In this document: positions 40,281-52,000 of the stretch, one piece after another | How the letters are laid out: each line of letters begins with the position of its first letter | How positions within the stretch are numbered: position 1 is the first letter of the stretch | Assembly: GCA_000002435.2 (NCBI GenBank) | Contig: CM018793.1 | Origin: Giardia intestinalis | Lineage: Eukaryota | Length of the DNA: 64,000 bases | Reading direction: 5' to 3' (one strand) | Translations under genes and position numbers: made by a program | The notes under the pieces: generated by a model | Databases searched by the model: none | The model's input: only the letters and a program-made list of their open reading frames with translations | What the model was told of the DNA's origin: nothing

Positions 40281-43200
40281 CCAGGGGCACATACAGACAC
40301 CCCCCACCTCAGCCCCCACCAGTCCCCACCAGCCTCACCGCCCCATACCCCTGCCTCACCCACCAGCCGGCCCACTGAGACCTACGTGACCGCGACCGTG
40401 GGAGCACTGACTCGAGCCACAGCTGCCCGGACACCGAGGGCCCAGCCAGCGGAGAGCCCGATGGCAGCCCCTGGCGGACGGGGCATCTAAAAAAGACAGC
40501 GACCGGAGCTTCACCCGCCACGAAGGAAGACCAAGAAGAGGCGCCACTGGTGGACCAGAGAGTCCGTAAGAAGGCCTGAACCCCGAAAGGACCGAAGTAC
40601 GCATTCGGTCTGAGCACACACCCACAGAGCGACCAGGGAAGGCGCTAGGCTCTGGATATATCACTGGAGAGGACTCTCTCGTTATGTTATCCAAAACCAA
40701 CCCTCATCTCCGGACGGCCAGAAATTGAATAAGAATTGCCCGTGAGATCCTTGAATGCACCTACAGGCGAGGCCCTGGAAACAGGAGTGATAGGCTTATA
40801 CAGTGACGTATTTACTACCTAAGTACATCTACGCTTTTCCTCTGCACATAAACCACCAGCAGAGGAACCCAACAAGACCGCCGACAACAATGATGACTGC
40901 GACGGAGATGCCCGCGATGGCGCCCGCGCTGAGACCACTTTTGTTGGTGCTACCGCTATCCTTTATGAGGTAGCAGAGGACAGACCCTTTATTGTTGAGT
41001 GGAGGAGCGCAGCTAGCGCAGTTGGCGACGCCGGTGATAGTCTTATCACTGTTGCTTTCCGTGCAAGACACACAGGTAGTCCCAGATTTGTAGTACCCAG
41101 TGCTGCAAGTGTCGCAAGCTGTGGTGGACCCTGTACATGTAGCACAACCAGCGGCACACTTTGCGCACGAATCGCTAGTTTTCACATATCCCTCCATGCA
41201 TGCAGTACACACAGTGTTACTAGTGCACGTCTTACATCCAGGCGAGCAAGTCACAAGGTCATTGTTATTAAGATGATAGCCTGGGGCCTCTTTTTGGCAG
41301 GTATCCCCAGCCGATGCTGCTTCCTCACAGACGCTCTTTCCAGGGAACTTGGTTGTCTCATAACAGCCTCCATTCATACGAAGGAATCCGTTGGTGCATG
41401 AATTACACATACCCTTGGCAACGCTTCCAGCCTTACAAGTGGCTGCAGCACGGACAGTTGTTGAGCTACAGACGCCACCCTGGGGGTATTCTGTCTCGAC
41501 AGCACACTCTGAGCAATAGCTCGTCCCGTCAATAATTAGGCCGCACGTCTTGCATGCTCCTGCTCCTGTGCCCGTTGCGCATCCAGCTCCGCATGTGCCT
41601 TTAGTGCCATCATTCCCATATTTGAGTACCGCTCCGCTAAGACACTTGGTACAATCGGCACTAGTTCCTCCATTACATGTTTTGCAGTTGGAGTCGCATG
41701 CCTTGCATTCTTCGCTACTCTTGTAAAATCCATCGTCACACGTCTTACAAGTCCCAGTGTTCTCGCATTCCTTGCAATTAGCCACAGCACATTCCTTGCA
41801 GATCAGCTTATTGTTAGCATTGCTGGTATAATAGTAGTTTCCAATCTTTTTACAGTCATCTATGCACATTCTTGTTGGGGTAAGATAATTGTTGCTATTG
41901 CACTCCTCGCAGGCTCTCTTATCCTCGGAGCACACTTTGCAATTCTCGATTGGACAGTCCGGTGGTGCAGTGCTTGTGCATTTTGTTTTGTCTGTACTTA
42001 TCTCATATCCCGGCTTGCACTCGTCGCACTTTGTGGGTGTGTTTATATCTGCCGGCTTGATACACTTGGCACATCCGTCGACACCCTTCCAAGCCCCATC
42101 GGTCCCGACAGCGAGCCCGGCTCCGTCGGCACACGATACACACTTATTTCCATTTGTGGAGTCGACCACCTTATAAAAGCCTTTCTGAGTATCGTCGCAC
42201 TCATTCGCCGCCACACACTCTGTGGTGCCATCTGCTTTCTTTCTGAGGTAATCGGTGGTGCATTTTGTGCAAATGGCCTTCCTTGTGTTAGAGTCATACA
42301 TGCACTCGGCGCACCCAGCCGTGCCACCGTCGGACTGATCTGTACAAGCAATGCACTTATTACCCGCTGCTGCATCTGGCTTACCAAAGTATCCCTTCCC
42401 GCACGCCTCGGCGTTGTCCACGCACGCATTATCCTTGAGATACTTGCTGGCTCCACACTTGGTGCACTTAGCGGTTCCATCTTGGCCACTGGTCAGCTCC
42501 GAGCCGCTGCACTCTTCACAAAATTCCACTCCCTTATAAGTATGTGCTGTAATAAGCAGTCCAGTTTTGTCGCTGCATGATATAACCGACGGCTTGGTGG
42601 CAGCCGTCTCGCCTGGAATGAAGTACCCTGGGGCAGCCTCTGCGCATACGCCATTGCCAGCAGATCGTAAGCACAAGTTATAACCGGGAAGACCCTCCGA
42701 AGAGGAATAGCAGCCGCCTGCAAACATAAAGGAGTTCCCAGCACACTGTGTACAAACGCCGCCGGCCTTTTGGGTGCAAAAGACAGAGCCCACAGAGTCA
42801 GTTGTTATATCGGCGCATGTTCCGTTGATGGGCGCATAGTTTTCTCCTATGCAAACTGAGCACCAAGTGTCTTGGCCGATGGTGACCCCGCATGTTTTAC
42901 ACTTTCCATCAGTTGAGGTTTTGTCCTCTTCACACGCAGCCCGTGCCAGCTGAAGAATGGCGCCCGCGAGCAAAAATCTGCCGAACATTAAGGCTGCCAA
43001 CCGATGGCGGGTTGTGGGGCGGAACAACATGCATTTGCGGGGCCCTCTCTCACGGTTCCGGCCCGCTAAGCGGTGACTTCTAACGTGGAGTTCGATACCG
43101 ATGCTTAGACCACTACAGACGACTTCCTGCGTGTCCACGGTAGCTGGCCATCAGTCTCCGAGAAGACGCCCCGACCGTCCTAGCAGGCAGAGCTTGCCGA

Positions 43201-45530
43201 GACCCTGCCCACTGCTGCGCAAGGACGCCGCAGAGGGTGCCTCTGAGAAGCCACTCTAGGGTGTGCGCGCGAAAGAGGCCGGCGATTGCCTATTGCTGTC
43301 GTTGCTGCAAATACTTGAGAGCGGCGGGCCACCCGATAGTAGACGCGTCAGGGGCTGGAGCTGCTTACTGCCAGACGCTGCGATGCTCGCTCGTTGGCGC
43401 GGTCTATTGCTGCTTGATCAACTCCTCAAGACCCGAAAAAATCAGAAGATGAAGCAAGCCCAGTAAAGCGCTTCCTCCTCGGCTCTGTCCCTAGCATCAC
43501 TAGTATCAAGACAGAGATGGACCCGAAGACAGGACCCCAAGAGCTATCTCGGCAGTCTCTGGGGCATTCCTACTTTAGGCCCTTGTGTACTGGGCCGCTA
43601 CTGCGCACAGAGCGAGGACATGTGTGGCGGCGCCCATAGAATAGGCGCCAGAACAGCTGTGGCCGTGGCCATGTCTGGTGACTGGTGTTCTACCCCCAGA
43701 GCTTCGAGCGGGGAGTATGGCTTGCCTTCTCTAGCTCTGTGATCATGGGGATAAGAAGCGCCTCAGCAAACAGGCTACAAGGACGCTCCGCCGCAGTTCC
43801 CTGGCTTGGAGCGGGTCGCCTCTCGAAAAGCGTCGGTGCATGGCTCATGAACCAAAGGAGGGGACCTGTTGGCCTGTGCAGGCCTCTAATGCCAGAAGGC
43901 TACCCGCCCGGTCTCACCAGCACATGTAGACGACCCTGGAAGCTCTGAGCATCCGCGCCCTCACAGTGAACAGGTGTTGGCTCCAGAGCAAGGAAGAAGA
44001 CGCCCCACTGCGTCCTCGTGCAGTACCACTCTCTCAATGCATAATGTATGGGGCGGCATATAATATCAGTACTGGCCAGGCAGTCTGTCGACCGGGAGCT
44101 CAGATGACGGCTCACCCGCTACCTGAGTGATTTCCCGTGCGAGCCACTGCCGTCCTGGGCAAGCGGGTATCTCTCGCTCGTGTACCAGCTGAGATCAAAA
44201 TCCAGAGTCCGAAGATCAGATGCCCTCGATCCCGACAGGAGAAGACTCTGTGCCCCGTCCCCCGGAAGCCGCTGCTCCTCACGTTACCTCTAGGGTTCCC
44301 CCTTCCTCTGGCCCATCGGGGTCAACTATCGTCTGGCACTGGTGGGCACCCGTTATTCAGGGCCTTGCGTTTGTCGCGGCGATCTGGTCTCCACGTGGCC
44401 CGGGCCCTGGTGCTCCATGACGAAGATCGCACGCCACGACCCCGGGTGTCTACCCCGTTCCTCGGGTGCCTCTTCGTCTCCTCGTGGATTATACCATCAG
44501 TCTCGAGTATGATCGGAGGGTGCGCTCCACGTACGCCTCCATCTTGAGGTTGTGGTACGCATTCGTGGATGTCGATGGAGTACTCCCATGTGTTGTGTCG
44601 GGGAGAAGTATGGCCCTCTGCTCATGGATCGCAGGGCGCTCTTGCAGGTGCTCCGTCACCCAGCACGAGACCGTGTCGACGCTCATTCTGTGCAGTGTGT
44701 CTGGCTCAGTGACGTGTGGGCTCCATCTGCACTGCACAACACACTTGGGGTGATGCTTCGGTCTGTCGAGGCGTCGGTCCAGGGCCACCTCTCTGAGAGG
44801 CGTCGTCTGAGGCACCAAGAGCGATTAGGACTGGCTCACCGAAGTCGGCTTGCTCGGCAGACGACACCTGTCTACTCGAGGGTGTCAGGCACTGCCAACT
44901 GCTGTGGCAGACACCCGGCAGGTGGCCCAGGCCACTACTCTCCGGTGCGGGCAGGATCAGTCCACCTCTGCCAGCCAAGCACCCCAACTCCTATTTCTTG
45001 TCGAGGGATTTACATGGGTCACGTGTGGGTCCATCTCGACCAGCGGGCAATGATCCTGGTGAGCGTCAGCTTAGCGTGTGAGAGGCTGATCCCACCACCA
45101 GCCTCGGACGCTCATCTGCATTCGTTACCACCCTGGAGGAGGAGGCACAATCCTCCCCGTCGGAGCTGGACGACATCTGACCTTCTGATTTCGGATTCTG
45201 GATCTCGGCCGGTGCATGGGGGGAGTGGCTTGTCCGGGGCGGCGGTGGCTCGCATGGAGGACCTGGTCAGGTAGCAGGGGACAACCCCGCCCCGGTGAAG
45301 CGGAGAGTAAATGAGTGATCAGATGACGGCTCTGCCGCCGCGAGGCCAGCGTGCCATCCCCCGATGCACGGAGCATCTGCATCCTGGTTCGTGCCATGGA
45401 CCGGCCTTTCATGCTTCTCACGTTCTGTTGCTTCCACGATGTGTCGACTAGCCTACGGGCTGGCCATGATCGTCGGGCAGCACCTTCTCAGGGGTGCCAC
45501 GGCACAGGCGGCCGGGCGCGCTGCAGCACT
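40281..45530. repeat. right arm of the large inverted repeat (mirror of 33438-38687)
   Basis: See the left-arm entry. The outer boundary was verified at 45530, where ...gctgcagcact|atagag diverges from the left flank. Confidence 0.9.
40829..43138 (-). CDS. vsp: variant-specific surface protein (VSP), copy 2, identical to copy 1
   Basis: The 769-aa translation is identical to 35830..38139. It is convergent (tail-to-tail) with copy 1 and has the same CRGKA terminus and polyadenylation signal (40810-40816, minus strand). Probable true start at 42988 (or 43030). Confidence 0.9.
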   Translation of the reverse strand: MDTQEVVCSGLSIGIELHVRSHRLAGRNRERGPRKCMLFRPTTRHRLAALMFGRFLLAGAILQLARAACEEDKTSTDGKCKTCGVTIGQDTWCSVCIGENYAPINGTCADITTDSVGSVFCTQKAGGVCTQCAGNSFMFAGGCYSSSEGLPGYNLCLRSAGNGVCAEAAPGYFIPGETAATKPSVISCSDKTGLLITAHTYKGVEFCEECSGSELTSGQDGTAKCTKCGASKYLKDNACVDNAEACGKGYFGKPDAAAGNKCIACTDQSDGGTAGCAECMYDSNTRKAICTKCTTDYLRKKADGTTECVAANECDDTQKGFYKVVDSTNGNKCVSCADGAGLAVGTDGAWKGVDGCAKCIKPADINTPTKCDECKPGYEISTDKTKCTSTAPPDCPIENCKVCSEDKRACEECNSNNYLTPTRMCIDDCKKIGNYYYTSNANNKLICKECAVANCKECENTGTCKTCDDGFYKSSEECKACDSNCKTCNGGTSADCTKCLSGAVLKYGNDGTKGTCGAGCATGTGAGACKTCGLIIDGTSYCSECAVETEYPQGGVCSSTTVRAAATCKAGSVAKGMCNSCTNGFLRMNGGCYETTKFPGKSVCEEAASAGDTCQKEAPGYHLNNNDLVTCSPGCKTCTSNTVCTACMEGYVKTSDSCAKCAAGCATCTGSTTACDTCSTGYYKSGTTCVSCTESNSDKTITGVANCASCAPPLNNKGSVLCYLIKDSGSTNKSGLSAGAIAGISVAVIIVVGGLVGFLCWWFMCRGKA

Positions 45531-45596
45531 ATAGAGCAGGATGGTTTTACTGGAAATTTCGATGCGCTCCAGGCAACGGACCCCCTGAAGATCGCA

Positions 45597-45890
45597 CATG
45601 TGGCCGACAGAAAGTACAAGATGCTCCTCTGGAACCTCTCCCTGTTCTTTTCGGTTGTCCTGGAGCGCCGGCGGTTCAGCACCATCGGTTTCAACTCGCC
45701 TTATGACTGGTCCGACCCAGACCTGCACATATCCAAGACGCAGCTGCTTACTAAGTTCCAGGAGATTGCAATCTGCGATCAAGCCAGCTTCCACAAATTT
45801 CTAAGTGATTATCGGATTACAATTTTAATAGGGCAGAGCACATCTACCTATCACGGGAGAATACCAGAATCGTTAAAGATACCCGCCTAA
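45597..45890 (+). CDS. possible small ORF at the right inverted-repeat boundary, unknown function
   Basis: The track ORF 45351..45890 starts inside the repeat and crosses the boundary at 45530. Its first 60 aa are identical to the left-flank ORF 33405..33617. An internal Met (MLLWNLSLFFSVV...) just outside the repeat could be the real start of a ~97-aa protein. Weak evidence. Confidence 0.2.
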   Translation, partial: HVADRKYKMLLWNLSLFFSVVLERRRFSTIGFNSPYDWSDPDLHISKTQLLTKFQEIAICDQASFHKFLSDYRITILIGQSTSTYHGRIPESLKIPA

Positions 45891-46029
45891 AAAATAAGTC
45901 TTTCGCACTTTCCATAATATAAAGCTATTTGGCATGATATTAATTTCATGGATTAGTAATAGAGCTAGCTACCTCAGTAGGGAGAATTAGATCAGTGCCA
46001 TTAAATCACCTTTAAGCAGCTGGTCTAAT

Positions 46030-49000
46030 TCAAATATGTTTACTAATAGATAGCTTTGCATCTAACTGCCTTCTGCACATTTTTTGTTGCTTGCGCCCGA
46101 GACGCACATAATCATCCTTGAGAAGGGCGTCATATGGACGGATATAGTAGCGCGTTATATGATAATAGCTTCCTAGGATCATAGCTTTTAATTTCCCGGG
46201 TGTGGGTTGAGACCCTGAAACAGAATCGTAAAAGTTGTATCGTATCCATGAAACTCCAAGCAATGCAAAGGCCTGGGAATTAATTCTATAGAACTGACGC
46301 AGCCGGCGCATGAGTTCTGTTACATACCATAGCACCACTGCATTTCTGGCGCGATCTAACTTCAAAAAGTTGTTTAGGTCTTCTTCGGTATTGATTTCGC
46401 TGAGCATGCCATCAGCATGGATAGGCTCTGTCAAATTGTACTGCAGCGCGTTCAATACCATTTTATGCATATCTTGGATTATATCTATAAAACATTTGAA
46501 TACACATTCTCTCACTCGTGGCTTTGAAACATGGGCCTCTATATCTTTCATGAATACTGGTGTGCTGATGAACTTTGTGTAGATTTCATAATTCTTTGTA
46601 TCTATTAAACACTTCATGTTAAACCAATATGTAAGCCCTTCGGTGCTGTCACTCGGGGACTTCAACGCTGATATCTCGTCCAGAAAAGATTTTAATCGCT
46701 TTCCCGCCGTATCGCGCATCTCCTGAGAAAACCTAAGGACGTCAACGATTTCACTGGGAAAATCGATTGTTGTTTCAAATGTGTTCTGTTGTAGTGTACC
46801 GTTTGAGATCATCTCTGCTTTATTTTTGACTGCCATTGTATAGAAGATCTTATCACGCGTGGTCTGTGAAGGCTTCTGGTCACTACCCCACTTCTCTTCC
46901 GCAAGCTTGTTCTCACATATCAGCAAGCAGTGGGTGTGTGGGGCTGTTGGCCAATACTCTTCACTGCAGCGGTCAAGCTCAAACATGTAACTGCTGAGCT
47001 TGTCTTGTGACAGCGAGAAGATATTCTTAGTAACCACTCCACGAACCTTGGCGCCGCAATCAGTATAAATAGTAGAAATATGAGTGATTGCGCTATTGAA
47101 GAAACTAACATTGAGAGCATCTCTGGGCGGAAGCTTCGAGATTGTGACCGTCCGGTGCCTATATAATGGCTTCTGCTGTGTATTGGAAATTGCGAGAATG
47201 CCGTAGTGCATAGTGTCTAGTGAAAAACCTGGATATGAATACATATCAATATAAATCGTACGTATAGCAATACGCGACTCTCTAACTAGAGAAAGGTTCA
47301 TCTCTATTTGCTTTTCTTCGGTGCTTGCAGGATCCCCAGATATCTTTTTGATACGCTCTCGATTAGCCTTGATGCTGTCTTTTTCAGAAATAACAAACAT
47401 TGGAACATTATCTTTATACATTTTCTTGAGGTTATTAGCTAAAGCAAGATTCATATTCCCTCTAGTATAATCGCTAACAATAGACATATCCGCAATGATA
47501 CTTGAGCAATGCAAAATCTCATCTCCGCTCTTACTCATAAAGAACTTATCGTCTAAATTTTCCGCCTGCTCGTAAGGATAAATACTGACATCTACGATTC
47601 GGTCTTGATAGTCGCGAGTAACTCCGTAAATCAGTGTGGATCTGCTAGTAAGTTGCTCGAAGAGACGGGTGATCCCAAAGAGGCACTTTCGGGGATCCCA
47701 GTACTCCTTCATCTGATCGTACACAGTGTAGTCATTCATGTCGATGCTATCCACATAGTATATCTCTTTTCCTTTAGCTGATACTCCATCCTCTGAGCCA
47801 GCAACACGTGCCCTAGTGCCCTTCAGCATTTTGTCCCGTACCGATAAAGACCCATCCAATTGGGGAAGATCGTTAGCCTGGCTGCTTATTTCGTTGTCCT
47901 TTTCCATTTTACCACGTTGCCGAGACCTACCCGCCATTCCGGCTTTTGACTTCAGTGTTTTAGCCTGAGCAGAGGAATCTAGAACAAGGCACTTGTCTCT
48001 CATGGTCAATCCACCCCTAGGGTTACTAACACGAAGGCTGAACAGTGTAGAGCGGTTTTTAATGACACGGATGATTCGGGAGATGTTGCACATTGCCATG
48101 TGCTCGTCGTCCGTCCATCGCTGCCAACACGATTTAACGAGTCCTTTTATGCCCTCGTCAGAAAGAGCTGCACGCGCCTGTTTTACTGGATAGAAAATAT
48201 GAAAGGGGTATACTGCATCGGTGAAGCCTTCCTGACACAAGGGATCGTAGCTATTGGTTTGGACTCCATGATCCACGTCGTTTCCTAGACAAGAGAAGAT
48301 TTCCCGCGGCTTCATGGTGATGGAACTATAATTGGCATAGTTATTAAAGGATGAAATCATCCTTTCGTCAGGAAAGGCCTGAGAATTAATTGTTCCAGAA
48401 ATAGAGTCAGGAAAAACATGTTCCGTGATCGCATTGGCATATCCAGAGATTATCTTTTCAACGCGGTCTTCTCCAGCATCCTTTAATACTTTCTTAGAAA
48501 GAAACGGACAACCTCTGTATGTCATAAAGTCTGATCCTAAGTTATGAGTTGGCAACACGGTTTTCCCCGACAAGAACAGGCTTGCTCTCTTAAGCTTATA
48601 GCGTGCGGCCGCCAGCTTCTCTTGATTTTTGTTATCCATTGCTCGCAGAGCGTGCACATGGATGATGTTATGCTGGTCAGTTGTCAGTATGTCCCGTATA
48701 CCTGTGTCATCAATGATCTCAATGATCTTTTGCATGTATCCTGACCACAACATGTTGCTCTTATCAGACCTATCTAGGTTTGATTTGGCTATCAGGCTTT
48801 GGGAATCTTTTGAGCATTCTGCATCCCTCATTGATAAAACAACGTTGACAGGATGCAAGTGTTCTTTGAATGCTCGCCTGATATGTGTCGGTAAATACTC
48901 TACGTGACTGCTAGACGACCCAGACACCCGTACATCCTGATACCGATGTTCTTCAAGGATCTTACTAGGAAATCCTGTATTAACAACATTAAATTTGTCA

Positions 49001-52000
49001 AGCGGAAGACGCCGCAGTATGTGTACGGGTGTATTGATACAGAATTCTATTTCACTGGCGCAAAGCCCAAACTGCTCGATATGGACGCGTAAGTCATCTG
49101 GGGCGGAGGCACGCTGGCGTGTTTTGGGCAGGAGGGCGGCGTTGCAATTAGTGCAATGAATGTCTGGCCGTTTGTCGAGCTCAAAGACCTTATTCATGCT
49201 CTGAAATATCTCCTGTTCCATGTCATCCTCCTTTTCTGCCTCGAGGCCTCCTTGCTTTGACTTGCTGCGCTTTTGATTTTTATCACGGTTGATAAATGGC
49301 CTTGTAAAGAGCCCTATCTTGGGGAAGGCGCTTGCATGTAGCTTCTTGTATGGATAAAGTATCTGACTATTGACGGGCTGATCGGTTATGACGGAGTAAA
49401 TGCCCTCCAAGAGCGGTCTAGATTGATCCTCTCGCAGAGAGAATGGAAAGATGTGAAGTCTGTTCTTGAAGGGGAGGTCGTGCTTCGGAGAGTTTTCTGC
49501 CTTCTCGCCAAACTTGCTGAGAAGCGAGGTAAAACAGCCAAATCTCAGACTCGTGGCACCAAAACTTTGGTAGGAATTCTCATCAACATATGAGTATGTC
49601 TGGAATTCGTTGTTCTCCCGTATCTTGTGCATGTAAGAAACTCGGAAGTTTGTTAGGAGACAGAGCGCCATTTGAGACCATCCCAAGAATCTATCTATCA
49701 AGAAAAGCTTTGCATCGGATTTTTCTGCGGTCATTTTTGCCGCCTGCATCAAATAATAATCTGCCCGAGATTTGGTTAGAAACCTGTCCACAAACGCCCC
49801 TGATGAAAGGAAATTTTCCAACAGTAAGATGTAGAAAATGTGTGTCTCAGAAACTAGACCTGTGCAAAACTCATCATTCTTGTCCGATTTGTCTCCCTTT
49901 GCAGAGTCTGCCATGTCCTTGAAAAATGATTCTGCGGCAAAGATGCCAAGTAGGTCTTTATAGCGTGTTAGTATGGCGGCCTGAAGCGACGACTTTTCCT
50001 GAGTACCCGTCTTTTGTAAATCGCCCTCTATGTTGAACCGTGTAATGAAGTATCCTATTCTATGCTTTATTATACGCTTTACATTTTCTGGACCAAGGAC
50101 AAAATATACGTTATCACCTATTGACATTTTTTCAGCAAGGCTCTGCTTATTTGTATCTGTAGCTGTTGTAGCTGAGGACGGCTTTTGTCCAGTGGTCAGT
50201 AAAGACTGATCGTCATCAAAAGGGGTCCTCGGGACTGTTGTGTATGATTGTGAGGGATCAGATGCATTAGAAATAGTGTCCTGTGATTGGGCCTTAGACC
50301 TTGGTGCTTGTTTGCGAGCAGGTTCAGCACTATGATTGCCAGGGTCGTTAGTTGTGTTCAGTGTGCCATCAACTTGTTCCTTTTTAGTGTTATCCTTCAT
50401 TTTCTGCAGATCCTTGGCACCAGACTTGCTGTGCTGAACGGTGAACGTCGGGGCAGGGAAGAACTGGCCAGCAAGACAAACAGTTGGTAGTTCACGAAGA
50501 ACCCAGTTTGTAGACCGAAGCTGAAGGGTTGATGCTCCTGCTGGTGCAGAGGACACTGCGTATTGTATGGTAGACTTCTGGGTTACAATGTGCGTCCTGT
50601 CCTTTACAAGAAGAAAGCGGCACCTCTGACCATAGAAGCAACACTGAGCATATCCATGAGGTCCAATAAGATGTGGCGCCACAGTAAGCGTTGTCTTCGA
50701 AATAGTTGTTTTTGTCACGGGATGGATAAAAGGCATATTCTGATCAGTACTATCCATTTCGAGAAGTTGGTTCTGTGAAATAGGTGGAAATAAGTAGAAA
50801 TTAGCTTTGCGCTGTGCTTCTTCAAAGGCAGTAGACGAATGTGGAGAGGTGTCTGTCATGTGCAGATTCTGCGACTCTGGAGCAGCTACAGAGGGGCTAA
50901 TCTGCCGTACTGCATCGGCCCCGTCTGAGTCTTCTGGGAAACCGCAGACTTGATCGGAAGTTGTGTCCATGGAGGTAAAGCAGTAACTCCCTGTATAGGC
51001 TGATGGGTCTCCAGTATAATAGGTATTTATTATAGACTGAATAGTATGCATCTTCCCAAAACTCTTCATGTTCTCTGGGGTGGAGTAGAAAATCCCAAGT
51101 CTGTAAGCCATCCCGGGTAGGCAAACTGAAAGAGGAAAGGGCTCTATGTGTTCGATAACAAAAACCCGCCCCGAATGCGCATATAGATTAGAATTAGAAA
51201 TGATACCATAATCCTGATCCATCCTTGACTTGGAGACCACATTGCCTGATGCTTCCTCTGGATTAACGTATAAGGAAGATAAAATCTGCTTACGATACGA
51301 ATAGATTGGTTGCTGGTCGAGTGGATCGCTTAGCACACCGTTGCGTAGCCCATTAGTAACTGAGAATATAGCCAGAGAATTATCAAATTTCGGCTTGTGA
51401 AACGTGTACATACATCCACCAATAGTGGATAGTGTCAGCGAGCCCAGAAATGGATTTGACAGTGAGCCGAAAACATAGTCAAAGAGCTTTTGCGCATAGA
51501 ACTTATTGACAGATGCCTCAACGCGGTAGAACTCGTCCAGGCTTTTCGTAGACATGATTTTATGGGTAGTAGATACCAATCCATGGGCCTCGTGGTTTTC
51601 ATGCAGAATCCATTTATGATAAGGAGAAAAGGGCCCTGTACTCGCTCCATTATTCTTGAAATAAAGTGTTCGTGCAGACTCTAGTAGAAACAGGTTAACG
51701 TTACCGGTGGCTAAAAGGTTGCTGCAGACGTTGACGAGAAGTGATACATGTGCGGGGAGGACCTTTGCGCCATTAAAGTGGTCAACTACGCTCCGGAGAA
51801 TGTGAATAGGGAACTTTCCATCCAAAAGGCACCTATGCAGAGCACCGGCACCCTGCTCTTTGAGAAGTTGCAAAACAATCTCGAGGAACTCAGGTCCCGA
51901 CGGCACAGTGGTAGTGTAAAAGGATTGAAATACTTGTTGCGGAATGCTTCTTATAAATCCGTCGCCTATGTTGTGTTGTTGTAAAGAAGAACTAACAAGG

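Noticed and set aside
33438-45530. Interpreting the palindrome as a prokaryote-style mobile element or inverted-repeat-flanked transposon
   Set aside because: The sequence context is eukaryotic (Giardia). The arms are 5 kb gene-bearing duplications, not short TIRs. No transposase is present and there are no target-site duplications at the outer junctions.
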